Positions 1 to 14,400 of a DNA stretch of 64,000 nucleotides are shown piece after piece. How positions within the stretch are numbered: the stretch's first letter is position 1; each line of letters begins with the position of its first letter. The stretch is taken from positions 8,015 through 72,014 of the forward strand of contig JAGLWK010000067.1 of NCBI GenBank assembly GCA_023133485.1, in the 5' to 3' direction. The DNA comes from Bacteroidales bacterium (GTDB lineage: Bacteria; Bacteroidota; Bacteroidia; Bacteroidales; B39-G9). The translations under genes and the position numbers were made by a program. Under the pieces are notes generated by a model, which was given only the letters and a program-made list of their open reading frames with translations, searched no databases and was not told the origin of the DNA.

Positions 1-1
1 T

Positions 2-538
2 TTGGTTAAACTAAACAGTGAGGAAGGATACGGAACAGGAAGTATGGAATGGAAAAAAGGAGCAATTTATGAAAATAAAGAAGGAAACACATATCAGGGC
101 ATTGAAATGTCATTTCAGGGTGTTCCAACTTCTTATCTCCTTTTTAAGTGTAATTTATCATATAAATTTGGTAAAGATGCTGATGATAATGATCTGAATT
201 GTTTTGCTCCTATCCTGGCAAACCTTGGTATTACAATAAAACCTGTAAAAAAGATCAGTATATCAGGAAATCTTCAATATATAAGTGAAAGAGAAATTCA
301 TTACAAAGCTATGTATCCATGGAATACCTGGCCCGAAGGTGATCATACAATAGATTCATATACGTTGATTAGTGCAAAATTAAGCTTTTTGCCTCAGGAA
401 AATTTAGCTTTTTCATTGATTGGAAAAAATCTAATGGATGTTGAATATAATTACCCTGAATACATTAGAAAAGGGATACCTTATATTCCAGGAGGACCGG
501 GAAGAGCATTATATTTTGAAATTGGATATAGATTTTAA
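2..538 (+). CDS. TonB-dependent receptor, C-terminal fragment (5' end outside window)
   Basis: ORF is open at the window edge. Beta-barrel C-terminus ...NLMDVEY...PGGPGRALYFEIGYRF ends in a terminal Phe. A hairpin terminator follows. Confidence 0.8.
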   Translation: MVKLNSEEGYGTGSMEWKKGAIYENKEGNTYQGIEMSFQGVPTSYLLFKCNLSYKFGKDADDNDLNCFAPILANLGITIKPVKKISISGNLQYISEREIHYKAMYPWNTWPEGDHTIDSYTLISAKLSFLPQENLAFSLIGKNLMDVEYNYPEYIRKGIPYIPGGPGRALYFEIGYRF

Positions 539-564
539 TATAAAAGAAACAAAATTAGTATTAT

Positions 565-602
565 GTCAAATGCCTGTCTTGTTGGCAGGCATTTGACTTT
601 TT
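565..602 (+). terminator. Rho-independent terminator
   Basis: Perfect 12-bp stem gtcaaatgcctg / caggcatttgac with a 9-nt loop, followed by TTTTT. Confidence 0.7.
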
Positions 603-780
603 ATGTTTGACATGAAACATCTTCAGAAAAAATCGGGGCAGACTATGACAAGTAAATTTTGACATCTACCTGTCGGTAGACAGGCATGGGAACTTGGTGT
701 AACGATCTTATGAATAAAGTGAATAATGATTATATCTTAGTAATAAATCTGGTTTTACTAAATGAAGTTATTTTATTAAT

Positions 781-1158
781 TTAACTATATACCTTATACT
801 CAAAGGGTAATTCAATCATAGAAGAATAATCTTCACCTGCTTCCTGCATATCTTCATCATCTTCGTGATAATACCAGATGATTTTTACATCATTTCCACT
901 ATCATGTAGTTCTTTAAGAATTCTTAAAATTTCTAATATTGCTTTTGCAGATGAGGTATTAAAATATTCGAGATTCATATGAACATAGGTTTGTTCATTT
1001 GGTGATTTGCTATATTCTTCTAACCAGTTAAAAATAGGTTCGTAAAATTGCATTACATTTTCGGGTCTTGACTTTCCTTCAAATTCAAACTTATTGTTAT
1101 TTTTATCTAATAATATTTTTGGTGTTTCTCTGGTACTGTCTCTTGTTAATATTTTCAT
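781..1158 (-). CDS. SiaC-family regulatory protein (DUF1987)
   Basis: 125 aa. Motifs ..TPKILLD..FEGKSRPEN...FYEPIFNWL..., NLEYFNTSSAKAILEILRIL and IIWYY match my memory of the Pseudomonas SiaC/DUF1987 pattern (SYPEN, YLNTSSIKAMMDILDLL, W.Y). Confidence 0.75.
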   Translation of the reverse strand: MKILTRDSTRETPKILLDKNNNKFEFEGKSRPENVMQFYEPIFNWLEEYSKSPNEQTYVHMNLEYFNTSSAKAILEILRILKELHDSGNDVKIIWYYHEDDEDMQEAGEDYSSMIELPFEYKVYS

Positions 1159-1482
1159 ATTATTTTTGTTTTTATATATATCTTTTATTTTACGAACAAT
1201 ATAAATAAAAGTTTTGTTATCCTATAATAAATAACTATATGTTTTTCAATATAACCTGAATTATTCATACGTTTATGATAAAGTGCTTATATAATTCAGG
1301 TTAACCCCGACTTAGTAAAGCTTAAATTTTGGAAGCGAAGCGCAGCAAAATATTAGCTTTTCTTAGTCGTCAGATTAATTCAGGATTCTATCTTTAAAGT
1401 TTATGAATTAATCGGGATAAAAATAATTACAAATATAAAATACAATTATCAATTAACAAATCAATAATTAACATATTGTCTT

Positions 1483-2481
1483 TTAAAATGTAGGGCAAGG
1501 GGTTGGAAAATATATTTTTCTTCTATTTGTTTGTAAAATATGATCAAAAATATAAATCAATGAAATTTCATGAGCTCCGCCAGTGGTAGTTATTAGTCTT
1601 GAAATAGTAAAATCATAGTTATATCCAATATTAAAATCTTGGAATTTATAACCAAATAGGATAGTAATGGCATCCTGGCTGATAGTTTCCTTAAAAATGG
1701 GAATTCCACGATACCAAATGCCAAACAAATATGGTGTTTTATTGTAATACATCCCAAAATCCAGTTGGATATTTTTATTTTGAGATTTTAAATGAAAAGC
1801 TAATAAAATGTTTTCAGCATCAATGTTTCTTCTTAAGCCTGATTTGTTAATATTGATTTTTCCACCACCATATAAAGAAAATTTCAAAGGTGCATTATTA
1901 ACATTCTCTGCATAAGTATTATGTAAAGACATTAAATGGTCAATTGTAAAACCCAACCAATATTCTTTACTAAAAAGCAATGCCGATGAGGAAAAATCAA
2001 AATGTCCTTCTTTTCTTACAGGAACAGTTTCAACGGAAACTGGAACTGTTCTGTTATCTTTAATTTGATCTGCAAAAATCTGACTATGAAAATCAATAGA
2101 ACTATGATAATATAATGCATGTATTCCTGGTCTGACATGAATATCTTTATTAATTTTTATGTCATATGAATACATTGCCCCAACATTTGAAGTTACCATC
2201 ATTCCTTTTCCAGCATTATCTCTTAATAATAAAAAACCTATTCCGCTTTTGTATTTTGTAAGATTATGATCAATAGAAAATGCAGTAGTAACAAATGAGC
2301 CTGGGAGTCTTGGCCATTGGTCACGATAATTAATAACCACTCTGGTAGCTTCAGAAGTACCGGCAAATGAGGGTCCTAAATATAGTGGTGCTGCATAAAA
2401 TTGAGAAAACTGTGGATCTTGTCCATATGAATACTCAAACATTACTAAAAGTAAAATGAATATGTTAATTATTTTTTTCAA
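1483..2481 (-). CDS. PorP/SprF-family type IX secretion system membrane protein
   Basis: Signal peptide followed by the QDPQFSQFYAAPLYLGPSFAG signature. About 330 aa, beta-rich. Sits directly downstream of a type B CTD giant gene, like sprB-sprF. Confidence 0.9.
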   Translation of the reverse strand: MKKIINIFILLLVMFEYSYGQDPQFSQFYAAPLYLGPSFAGTSEATRVVINYRDQWPRLPGSFVTTAFSIDHNLTKYKSGIGFLLLRDNAGKGMMVTSNVGAMYSYDIKINKDIHVRPGIHALYYHSSIDFHSQIFADQIKDNRTVPVSVETVPVRKEGHFDFSSSALLFSKEYWLGFTIDHLMSLHNTYAENVNNAPLKFSLYGGGKININKSGLRRNIDAENILLAFHLKSQNKNIQLDFGMYYNKTPYLFGIWYRGIPIFKETISQDAITILFGYKFQDFNIGYNYDFTISRLITTTGGAHEISLIYIFDHILQTNRRKIYFPTPCPTF

Positions 2482-2492
2482 AGTTTTATTGT

Positions 2493-5400
2493 TTAATTAT
2501 ATAATAAAAGTATATTTCCGGCTTTATTAAATGGTTTGCCATTATTTAGTATTCCACTTACGCGCCATACATAAACTCCTTCTTTTAATAATTCTCCTCT
2601 ATAATATCCATCCCATCCTTTATAAACATCATTGCTTTTAAAAATCAATATACCCCAGCGATTATATATTTCTAAATTATAAGATATTAAATCTTCCTTT
2701 ATTATAGGATAAAAAACATCATTACTGAAATCATCTGTAGAATATGAACCATCAGAAGGTCCGTTAGGATTAGGAGTAAATGCTGTAGGAAAGATAATTT
2801 CACTGATTTTTTTAACTAATATAGAATAAGTTATTGAATCGAAGCAATTATTTTCTGTCCACACAAGCAATTTGATATCAAATTCTCCTTCTTTTGTATA
2901 TTTATGTATTGGATGTTCATTTTTTGAGGTTGATCCGTCACCAAAATCCCAAAAATAAGTATATCCATCAATAGAAGTATTATTACAATGTAATTGTTGG
3001 TCAGGGATATATATAGTATCCGGAACGAAAACAAAATCAGCTATAGGTAAATTATGAACAGTAATAATAGTATCTAAATCAACATATAATCCAGCAGATC
3101 CAAAAACAGTTAAATTAACAAAGTAAATTCCCGGATTATCATATGTATGAGTTAAATTTCCACTTTCATTAGAAGTACTTCCATCGCCTAAATCCCATAA
3201 ATATGTTATTCCGCCGATCGAATTATTAATAAAATTAACTTCAAGAGGTGGACAGCCATCGGTAGTACTTACACTATATTGGGCAACCGGTAAAACATAA
3301 TAAGTTATTATTACTTCATCAGAAACTGTACATTCGTTTTTTGTTATAGTCCATGCATAAGTATTTGCGTTTGCCCCAACGTTATTAACAACAGTTTCAT
3401 AATTATTTTTATTTTCAAACGATCCATTACCTGAAACAACAATCCATTCTCCAGCTGCATCAACTCCATGGTTATTTCCAATCAATGTAGTAGATGGTGA
3501 ATAAATTTCCTGGTTAGAGCCGGCATCAACAAAAGATAAGTTATTTGTAATTTTTACCACATCATTTGTTTTACAACCTTTATTATTAATTGTCCATGTA
3601 AGAAAGTTTTCACCATAGCCGAGATCTGAAATTTTTGTATTAAACATTGAACTGTCTTCAATAAGTGCATATCCTCCTGTAACGAGCCAATATCCTGTTC
3701 CAATAAGTGGATAATTTGCATAAAGATTTGTAGAATCAGCACATATTTGTTGATCTTGTCCTGCATTTGCAGTAGTAGGGAGGTTGTTTGTAATAATAAT
3801 ATCATCACTTGAGGTGCATCCTTCATTAGTTATTATCCATCTAAGAATATTATTACCTAAACTAAGATCTTCAACTGTAGCAGTAGGATTATGGTTTTCA
3901 CTGTTAGCAAATGTGCCTGATCCGTTAATAACAAACCATTCGCCAGAACCTAAATTTCCAGGGTCATTTGCTGATAATGTTACAGTATTAGAACAAAGTG
4001 TTAAATCAGGTCCTGCATTTGAAGGTGTAGGTGAATTATTGGTAACCAATACTGTATCAATTGATATACACCCGTTATTATTAATTGTCCATAATAATGT
4101 ATTATTACCAAATCCCAAATTATTAACTTTTGAATCATTGACATTTAAGTCTTCAAATGTAGCAGAACCACCAATTATTGACCACTCACCATTTCCTATT
4201 GTTGGGTAATTTGCTGCAAGATGTGTTGAATCTTTACAGATAGTTTGGTCAACGCCGGCATCTGCAACAGTTGGTAAATTATTAGTAATTACAACTTCGT
4301 CAGAAGATGTGCATCCATTTTGAGTAATTGTCCATTTTAATGTATTTACTCCATTTCCTAAAGCAGTAACTGAAGTTATGTGTTGATCGATATTTTCGAT
4401 TGTGGCAGAACCGTTTAAAATATCCCATTTTCCATTACCTATTAGTGGAACATTTGCTGTTACAATTGTACTATCACTACAAATAGCTTGATCAACACCT
4501 GCATTAGCAGTTGTTGGCAGATTATTTGTTATTATAACGGTATCAGAAGAATAACATTGATTATTTGAAACTGTCCAAAGCAAAATATTGTCACATTGGT
4601 CTAATTCAGAAACAATTGTGTTTGGTTCATAAGAACTTAAAAAGTTAGCAGAACCTGAACCTCCGATAACTGTCCATAAACCTGTTCCAGGGCTTGGAAT
4701 ACTGGCATTTAATGTTGTAGTTTCAGAACAAATTGCCTGGTCATTACCTGCATCAGCAATTATAAGGTCGTAATTTATTTCTATTTCATCATACGATGAA
4801 CAACCAATATTAGTAATTGTCCATCGTAGAATATTTATCCCTAAACTTAAATTAGTAACAGTTGTATTATTTATAGAACTGTCTGATAATATTCCTGAAC
4901 CACTTGTAATAGACCAAATGCCATCGCCAATAAATGAAAAATTTCCAGTAAGATTTACAGAATCAGCACATACTGTCATATCAGCACCTACATTTGCTGT
5001 TGTTGGCATATTATTAGTAATAATTACTGTGTCATGTAAGCTACATTGATTATTAGCAATTGTCCATTTAAGAATATTGTCCCCGGCAGCCAGATTAGTA
5101 ACTGTAGTAGTACCGAAATTAGCAGAGCCACCAATAATTGACCATTCTCCAATTCCTACTTCAGGTACATTATTGTATAATGTTGCAGAATCTGAACATA
5201 AAACCTGGTCTTCACCAGCATATGGCAGTGTTGGATTATCATTAACAATAATTACTTCATCATAAGTTTCGCAATCCTGATTTGCTGTTGTCCATCGCAA
5301 AGTATTAGCTCCAAGTCCCAGGCTTGAAATAGTAGTATTATTATTGGAACTATCAGCAAAAGTAGTACTACCTCCGACAATTGTCCATATTCCATTTCCA

Positions 5401-8400
5401 ATATATACATTATTTCCTTGTAATTCTATATCTTCTGAACATATGCTTCGGTCAGGTCCAGCATTTGCGGGTGTTGGGGATGCATTTGTTATTACTACCG
5501 TATCATATGTAAATAATATTTCTTTTACTTTCCAAACAAGGACATTATTACCATAGCCTAATCCATAAACATAGGTGTCGTGTTGTGTATAATCTTCAAA
5601 AATAGCAGACCCACTAAATACAGACCATTCTCCATATCCTAAAATAGGTTGATTAGCCTCTAAAGTTGTTGATGTAGCACAAATAAGCTGATCAATGCCA
5701 GCAGAAGTATTTCCGGGTGTTTCATTAGTAATAATAACTTCATCGGATGAAACACATTCATTATAAGTAATAGTCCATCTAAATTTATTTTCGCCAGGAT
5801 TTAAACCATCCACTTGAGTGTTATATAAACTTGAATCAGCAATAACTGCAGATCCATATAGTAATGTCCAAATTCCGGTTCCAATATCGGGGATATTAGC
5901 GTTTAATATTGCAGTTGAACCTCCAACATTTTGATCATATCCGGCACTCGCATATGTTGGGAGATCGTTTGTAATCACTACTGTATCTACAGATGAACAT
6001 CCGTCATTTGTTACTGACCATTTAAATACATTATCTCCTCTTAATAGTCCGTAAACAAGTGTTTTCGGATTGTCTGCCTCATCAAAATAACCGGAATTAC
6101 TAATAACAGACCATTCTCCTTCACCAATTGTAGGTGTTTCTGCATCAAGATATGTTTTTGTATCACAAATTGTTTGGTCGCTTCCGGCATTTACATCAAT
6201 TTTTTTATTATTTATTAATACGGTATCATTTGCTGAACAGTCTCCTGATGTTACTGTCCATACAAAATAGTTTTCACCTTGCTGTAAATTTTCAACAACT
6301 GAATTGTATTGTGTTGGATTTAATATTGATGCTGAACCGCCAAGAGAATTCCATGTTCCTTGGGTAGTAATATTACCTTCTAAAATAGTGCTATATGCAC
6401 AAACATTTCTGTCTTGTCCTGCATAAGCATAGGGAATCTGATTTACAGTAATCAAGTGCCCTGCTGATATTCCTCCTGAACCGCATTCATTTATTCCTTG
6501 AACAGTTATTAATCCTGTAACAGAACTATTACTAAAATCAACAGTTATCACTCGTGTACTGTCTCCATTAACAATAGTTGCCCCGAATGGTAAATTCCAG
6601 TTATAATAAGTTGCATTATTAATAACAGATATTTCAAATATTATTCCTTGTTCCCCTTGACAGATAGTATTATCACCAACTATAGTTCCAGCATTAGAAG
6701 GAAATAAATTAATCTCCAAATTTGCAGGATCACTATTAATTATACCGCAAGTTCCACTAACAACACACATATATGTTCCCTGGTTAGCTGAAGTAATATC
6801 ACTAATAATAAGTGCGGATGATGTTGCCCCAAATATATTTCCTCCGTTAGATAGAGGAGTACCATCTTTTTCCCATTGATATGTTATTGACTCTCCATTT
6901 GCTGAAACTTTAAAGAATATGTCTTCATTTTCACATTCTATTATGCTTATTGGATGGTTGTTAATAGAGGTGCCTGAATTAACAATAAGTATGGCAAAAA
7001 AACTGTTTTCTGTACCACAATCTCCGGTTATCAAACATGAATAAATGCCATCGTCAGTAGTTATAAGATTGTTGATAATAAGATCGGTACTATTTGAACC
7101 GGAAATATTTCCCCCATCAATTAAATTTACACCATCTTTTTTCCATTGATAAATAAGGGCTGCCCCATCAGCAATAATAGAAAAACTTGCAGATTGACCT
7201 TCACACCTTGTTAATGAAGATGGCTGGCTTGTTATAACAGTACTCAGATTAATTATTAGATTTGCAGGATCACTTTTTACAGAACCACATGTTCCGGTAA
7301 CTTCACAACGATATATTCCCTCATCAGTGTTATCTAAATTATTAATAGTAAGCATTTTTGAATTTACTCCTGAGATATCTCCACCATTAGCAAGAGCAAC
7401 TCCATCTTTTTCCCATTGATATGTTAAACTTTCACCATCAGAATCAACTGAAAAAAACACAATGTCATTTTCACATTTAGTTTGACTAATCGGATGTAAA
7501 GTAATAACTATATTTTTATCAACTCTTAATGTGGCATTATCACTATTTTCATCTCCACTGTCACCACTTACAAAACAAGTATATGTGCCAGTATCAGAGG
7601 AGTCAACAGATGATATTGTAAGATTAGGAGTATTTGTTCCTGATATTATAGCACCGTCAACCAAATCAACTCCATCTTTTCTCCATTGGTATGTAAGATT
7701 AGAGCCATTTGCAACAATTGAAAAAGTAGCCGGTTCACCTTCGCATTTAACTAAATCGTTAGGTTGAGTTGTTATTGAGGTAGGAATGTATACTGATAAA
7801 CTTGCCGGATCGCTATTTTGTGTGCCACAATCACCTGATACTACGCATCTATATGAGCCTTCATCGGATGTTAATAAATTTAAAAGATTTAAAGTTAAAG
7901 TAGTGGAACCGGAAATATTAGCACCATCAACCAAATCAACTCCATCTTTTTGCCATTGATATGTCAAATTACTACCTGTAGCTGATACTGAAAAAACCAC
8001 ATTGCCTCCTTCTGTTACACCCTGACTTACTGGATGAACAGAAATAGAAGTACTTTTATTTACTGTTAATATAGCTTGATTGCTATTTTCTTGTCCACAT
8101 ATACCTGTAACAATACAAGTATATGCTCCAGCATCAGCAACTAATAAGTTTGCAATTGTTAAATTATTGGTTAAAGAACCTGAAATATTTCCTCCATCAG
8201 ATAGATTTACACCATCTTTTTTCCATTGATAATTTAATATCCCTCCCTCAGCTACTAAATTAAATACAACAGTTTCACCTTCACAATTAAGAGAATTTGC
8301 GGGTTGAGTAGTTATCAGAGTGTTTTCATAAACATCTAAACTGGCGGGGTCGCTTGAAATATTTCCACAACTACCTGAAACATCGCAAATATATGAACCT

Positions 8401-11400
8401 GCATCAGCAACTAATAAGTTTGTAATTGTTAAATTATTGGTTAAAGAACCTGAAATATTTCCACCATCAACCAAGTCAACTCCATCTTTTTTCCATTGAT
8501 AATTTAAACTTTCTCCATCAGCACTAATAAAAAATATAACATTCTCACCAACACATTTTGTATTGTCAACAGCTTGTGTATTAATAACAGTACTTGGATC
8601 TATTGTTAATCTGGCTGGTGAGGTATTAACATTTCCACATTGTCCGGATATTGTACAAGTATAAACTCCGTCATCGCTTAATAATGAATTTGATATTACC
8701 AGATCTTTACTTGACGACCCTGATATTGTACCACCATCTATCAATACTACTGCATCTTTTTTCCATTGATAAGTTAAGTTACCTCCGGTAACATCAACAC
8801 TTAATGTTGTTGAACTGCCTTCACAAATAGTATGGTCAACCGGCTCGGAATTAATTACTGTGATTTCATTTACTATTAATGTTGCAGGATCGCTTACTAT
8901 GATTCCGCATGTACCTGTTACTTCGCATGTATAAGTTGCTGCATCTCCAATAGCTATAGGATCAATAGATAAACTTGTATTTGTTTCTCCGGCTATGTCA
9001 ACATTATCTTTTTTCCATTGATAACTTAGGCTTTCTCCATCTGCATTAACTACAAACAAAACATTATCACCAACGCATTTTGTTGCATCTAATGGGTCAA
9101 CAAGTATTTCTGTAGTAGGAGATATTGTTAACAGGGCAGGATTAGTGTTAACATTTCCACATTCGCCTGTAATAGTACAGGTATATATTCCTTCATCACT
9201 TAATATTGAATTTGATATTACCAGATCTTTACTTGACGACCCTGATATTGTACCACCATCTACCAATGCTACTGCATCTTTTTTCCATTGATAAGTTAAA
9301 TTATCTCCGGAAACATCTACACTTAATGTTGTTGAGCTGCCTTCGCAGATATTCTGGTCAACAGGTTCTATGTTGATTATAGTTACTTCATATACTATTA
9401 ATGTTGCCGGATCGCTTATTACAGTTCCGCATGAACCTGTTACTTCGCATGTATAAATTGCTGCATCTCCAACGGCAACAGGATTAATAGATAAATTTGT
9501 ATTTGTTTCTCCAACTATGTCAACATTATCTTTTTTCCATTGATAATTTAAACTTTCTCCATCTGCATTAACTACAAACAAAACATTATCACCGGCACAT
9601 TTCGTTGCATCTGTTGGCTGTACAGTAATAACGGTTAAAGGATTAACGGTTACAATTGAAGGTGTACTACTTTCAGTTCCTTTTACAATACATGTATATG
9701 CACCGGCATCTGTAACTAATAAATTGGTTATGTTAAGATTAGAAGTAGTAGAACCTGAAATATTTCCACCATCAACCAAATCAACTCCATCTTTTTTCCA
9801 TTGGTATGTTAAACCTCCACCAGAAGCAACAATAGTCAGATTTAAATCTTCACCTTCACATTTTGTAACAGATGCAATTGGTTGAGTAGTAATCAATGAA
9901 GAGGAATTGACAGTTAAATCTGCAGGAGTACTATTAACATTTCCACATGTTCCTGAAACAACACAATGATAAGCTCCTGCATCAGCTAAAACAACTCCTG
10001 TTATAGTAAGAATTGTAGTATTTGCACCGGAAATACTGCCACCATCAAAAAGAAGAACACCATCTTTATACCAGTTATAAGATAAAGTGCTTCCGTCAGC
10101 TGCAACAGTAAAAGTAGCATTACCTCCTTCAAGAACTGAAAAAGAAACAGGTTGTAAAGTAACAACAGTAGTTTCATCAACTATTAAATTAGCAAGATTA
10201 CTATTTTCAACTCCGCAACTTCCTGAAACATCACATGAATATACTCCGTCATCACCTAATACCAACCCATTTATTGATAATGAATTTGTTGTTGCCCCTG
10301 AAATACTGCCGCCGTCAGCCAAAGGAACTCCATCTTTATTCCATTGATATGTTAAGTTAGAACCGGTTGCAACTACTGTAAAACTTGTATTGCTTCCTTC
10401 ACATACCTGGTCGTCAACCGGATCGGTTGTGATTACTGTGTTTTCGTAAACTACAAGTGTGGCTGGATTACTGTTTGCTGAACCACAATTGCCTGTTATT
10501 ATACAACGAAATATTCCTGCATCACCTGCAATAACACCATTAATTATTAAACTTGTATTTGTTTCACCTGCAATATCAACTCCGTCTTTTTGCCACTGAT
10601 AACTCAGATTAGTTCCTGAAGCTGTTACAATGAAACTTATATTTTCGCCAGAACAAGCTGTTTTATTCTGTGGCTGGAATGTTATTGAAATATTTTCATA
10701 TACATCTAATATTGCTCCGGCACTTGTTAATGTACCACAACTTCCTGAAACATCACAGGAATAAACTCCTGCATCTCCTAATATCAAACCATTTATTGAT
10801 AATGAATTTGTTATTGAACCAGAAATACTACCTCCATCAGCCAAAGGAGCTCCATCTTTATTCCATTGATATGTTAAGTTAGAACCTGTTGCAATTACTG
10901 TAAAACTCGTATTACCACCTTCACATAACTGGTCGTCAACAGGGTCGGTTGTAATTACTGTGTTTTCGTAAACAACAAGTGTGGCTGAATTACTGTTTAC
11001 CGAACCACAATTGCCAGTTATTATACAACGAAATGTTCCTGCATCGCCTGCATTTATTCCATTAATTACCAGGCTTGTATTTGTTTCGCCGCCTATATCA
11101 ACTCCGCCTTTTTGCCACTGATAAAAAAGATTTGTTCCGGTGGCAGTTACACTGAAACTTATATTTGCACCCGGGCAACCTGTTTTATTCTGTGGCTGAG
11201 ATGTTATTGAAATATTTTCATAAACATCTAATGTGCCTCCGGCACTTGTTAAGGCTCCACAACTTCCTGAAACATCACATGTATAAACCCCTGCATCTCC
11301 TAATATCAACCCATTTATAGATAAAGAATTTGTTGTTGCTCCTGAAATACTGCCTCCGTCAACCAAAGGAACTCCATTTTTATTCCATTGATAAGTTAAT

Positions 11401-14400
11401 GTTGTCCCGGTTGCTGTTACTGTAAAACTTGTATTGCCTCCTTCACATACCTGGTCATCAACAGGATCGCTTGTAATTATTGTAACTGAATTTACAGTTA
11501 AATCAGCATCATCGCTTGTTAAGGTTCCACAACCATTAGTAATAATACAATTATAAGTGCCTGCATCACCTGCAATAACACCAATTATAGAAAATGTGGA
11601 ATTTGTTTCTCCTCCAATTGGAACTCCTCCTTTTTGCCATTGATATGTTAAATTTGAACCTGTAGCTAATACAATAAAATTAATATTATCACCGGAACAT
11701 GCTAATTTGTCCTGAGGTTGAGTATTTATTGATATAATTTCATCAACAACCAAGGTGGCAGAATTGCTGGTTAATGTACCACAACTACCGGATACTTCAC
11801 AAGTATATAATCCTGCATCTACGAGTATTAGTCCGTTTATACTTAAATTACTTGTAGTAGAACCGCTGATTGTACCACCATCTACTAAATTTACACCATC
11901 TTTTTTCCATTGATATATCAGATTAGAACCTGTAGCATTAACTGTGAAATTTGCATTATTTCCTTCACATTCTGTAACATTTGAAGGATGAACAGTAATC
12001 GAAGTAGTTATATTAACTGTCAAAATTCCAATATTACTGTTAATAATACCGCAGCCATTTGTTACAACACATCTGTAATTGCCTGCATCTACTGCAATAA
12101 TGCCATTGATAACAATGTTTGTGTTTGTTTCTCCTCCAATATTAACGCCGTCTTTTTGCCATTGATAAAATAAATTAGAACCTGTGGCTACAATGTTAAA
12201 GTTAATATTATCTCCGGGACATGCATCTACATTTGAAGGTTGAGTAGTTATAGAAATATCTTCCTCAACTGTGAGAATAGCAGGGTTGCTATTAACAATA
12301 CCACAACTTCCGGTAACTATACATGTATATGTTCCTGCATCAGCAAGTATGAGTCCCGTTATGCTTAAATTGTTTAATGTTGATCCAAAAATACTTCCTC
12401 CATCAACTAAGTCAACACCATCTTTTTGCCATTGGTATAATAGATTTGAACCGGTAGCGGTTACACTAAAATTAACATTATTTCCTTCGCATTCAGTCGC
12501 ATCAACAGGTTGTACAGTAATAGCAGTTAAACTATTTAAAGTCAGGCTCCCATTATTACTTGTCAAAGTTGCTCCACAAGGAGTTGATAATATACACCTG
12601 TAATTACCAACATCTCCGGCAGCAATAGAATTTATTATTAAATTCGGATTTGTTTCCCCTACAATATCAACACCATCTTTTTGCCATTGATATGATAAAT
12701 TTGTACCTGTAGCAGTAATACTAAAATTAACATTATCGCCTGCACAAGCTGAATTATTCTGAGGTTGTACTGTAATAGTAATATGTTCATCAACAGATAA
12801 ATTAGCAGGATCACTTGTAACAGAACCGCAACTTCCGATAATGTCACATGTATAAACCCCTGCATCTAATAAAACAAGGACTGTAATTGTCAGTGTATTA
12901 CTATTAGAACCTGAAATTGACCCTCCATCAACCAAATCAACTCCATCTTTTTGCCATTGATATGTCAGATTAGAACCTGTAGCATTAACTGTGAAATTTA
13001 CATTATCACCCTCACACTCATTAGCATCAACAGGTTGAACAGTAATTAATGTATTATCATATAAACTAAGAGAAGCAGCATTACTTGTTACGGGACCTCC
13101 ACATGTACTACTGACAACACATTGGTAATTTGCAACATCAACTAAGGCAATATTATTTAGAACAAGAGTTGCATTGGTTTCACCAACAATATCAACAGCA
13201 TTTTTTTGCCATTGATAAGTTAAGTTAATGCCGTTTGCAATTACAAGAAAATTTATATTATCACCAGGGCAAGCATCTATGTTGGCAGGATCTGTTGTAA
13301 TAGTTACCTGAGGATTTACAGTGATTGTTGCACTTCCTGCACCGGAATTAGTACAATTGTTTGCATCGGTAACTGAAGTAATTGTATATGTTGTATTAAT
13401 TGCAGGATTTACAGCAAAAATATGTGGACTTACAACACCAAGCAGTGTAACAGGAATTGTTCCATCGGTGTATGTAACATCGTAAGGGCTTACTCCTGTA
13501 AATGTAATAGTTAAATTAGTATTTGAGCCTGAACAGATAGTAGCATCACCACTAATTGTAGCTGTTGGTAAAGAAATAATATTAAAATTTTTAGTTTCAT
13601 CATCGCTGCAACCAAATGCATCTGTATATGAATATGTTACGCTATAAGGACCTCCCGGTGCTAAAGATAAAGGATCCAAATCTGCTGTACCATCACCATT
13701 ATCGGTAGTTCCATCACCGGAAAAAGTACCACTAGGTGCTAAGGAACCTGTTAAAGTTGCAACCGGATCATTATTACAATAAGTTCCGTTTAAACCAACA
13801 AAATTAACCAAAGGAAGTGCATTTACAGTAACAGTTTGTGTAAGTATATTTATACAACCAAGTGGACCTATATAAGTATATTCAACATCATGATCTCCTG
13901 CACCTGCAACTGAAGGGTCAAAATCTGCAGTACCATCTCCGTTATCAGTGAATCCTGCCAGTGCAGTAAAAACTCCACCAACAGGGTTATAGGTCATAGG
14001 AGCATTTGTAACATCTTCGCAATAAGAACTATTCAAACCATTAAATGTTAACAAAGTTCCTACACGTATACTTTGTGTATCAGCATTCTGACAACCATTT
14101 GCATCGGTATATGTATATATTATATCATGAAATCCTAAACCGGAGGTTCCGGGGTTAAAATCTGCAGTACCATTTCCATTATCTGTAATACCATTTCCTG
14201 TAAAAGAACCATTTGCATCAGTAGGGATGCCTGTAAAAAGAACAGGAGGATCTACATCACAATAACCTGTACCGTTATAACCAATAAATGTAACACCCGG
14301 CAAAGGATTAACTGTTATTGTTTCATTATCGGAATCTGAACAAGCACCATTCGTATATGTATATGTTATGGTATGTGTACCTACACCGGCAACAGTAGCA

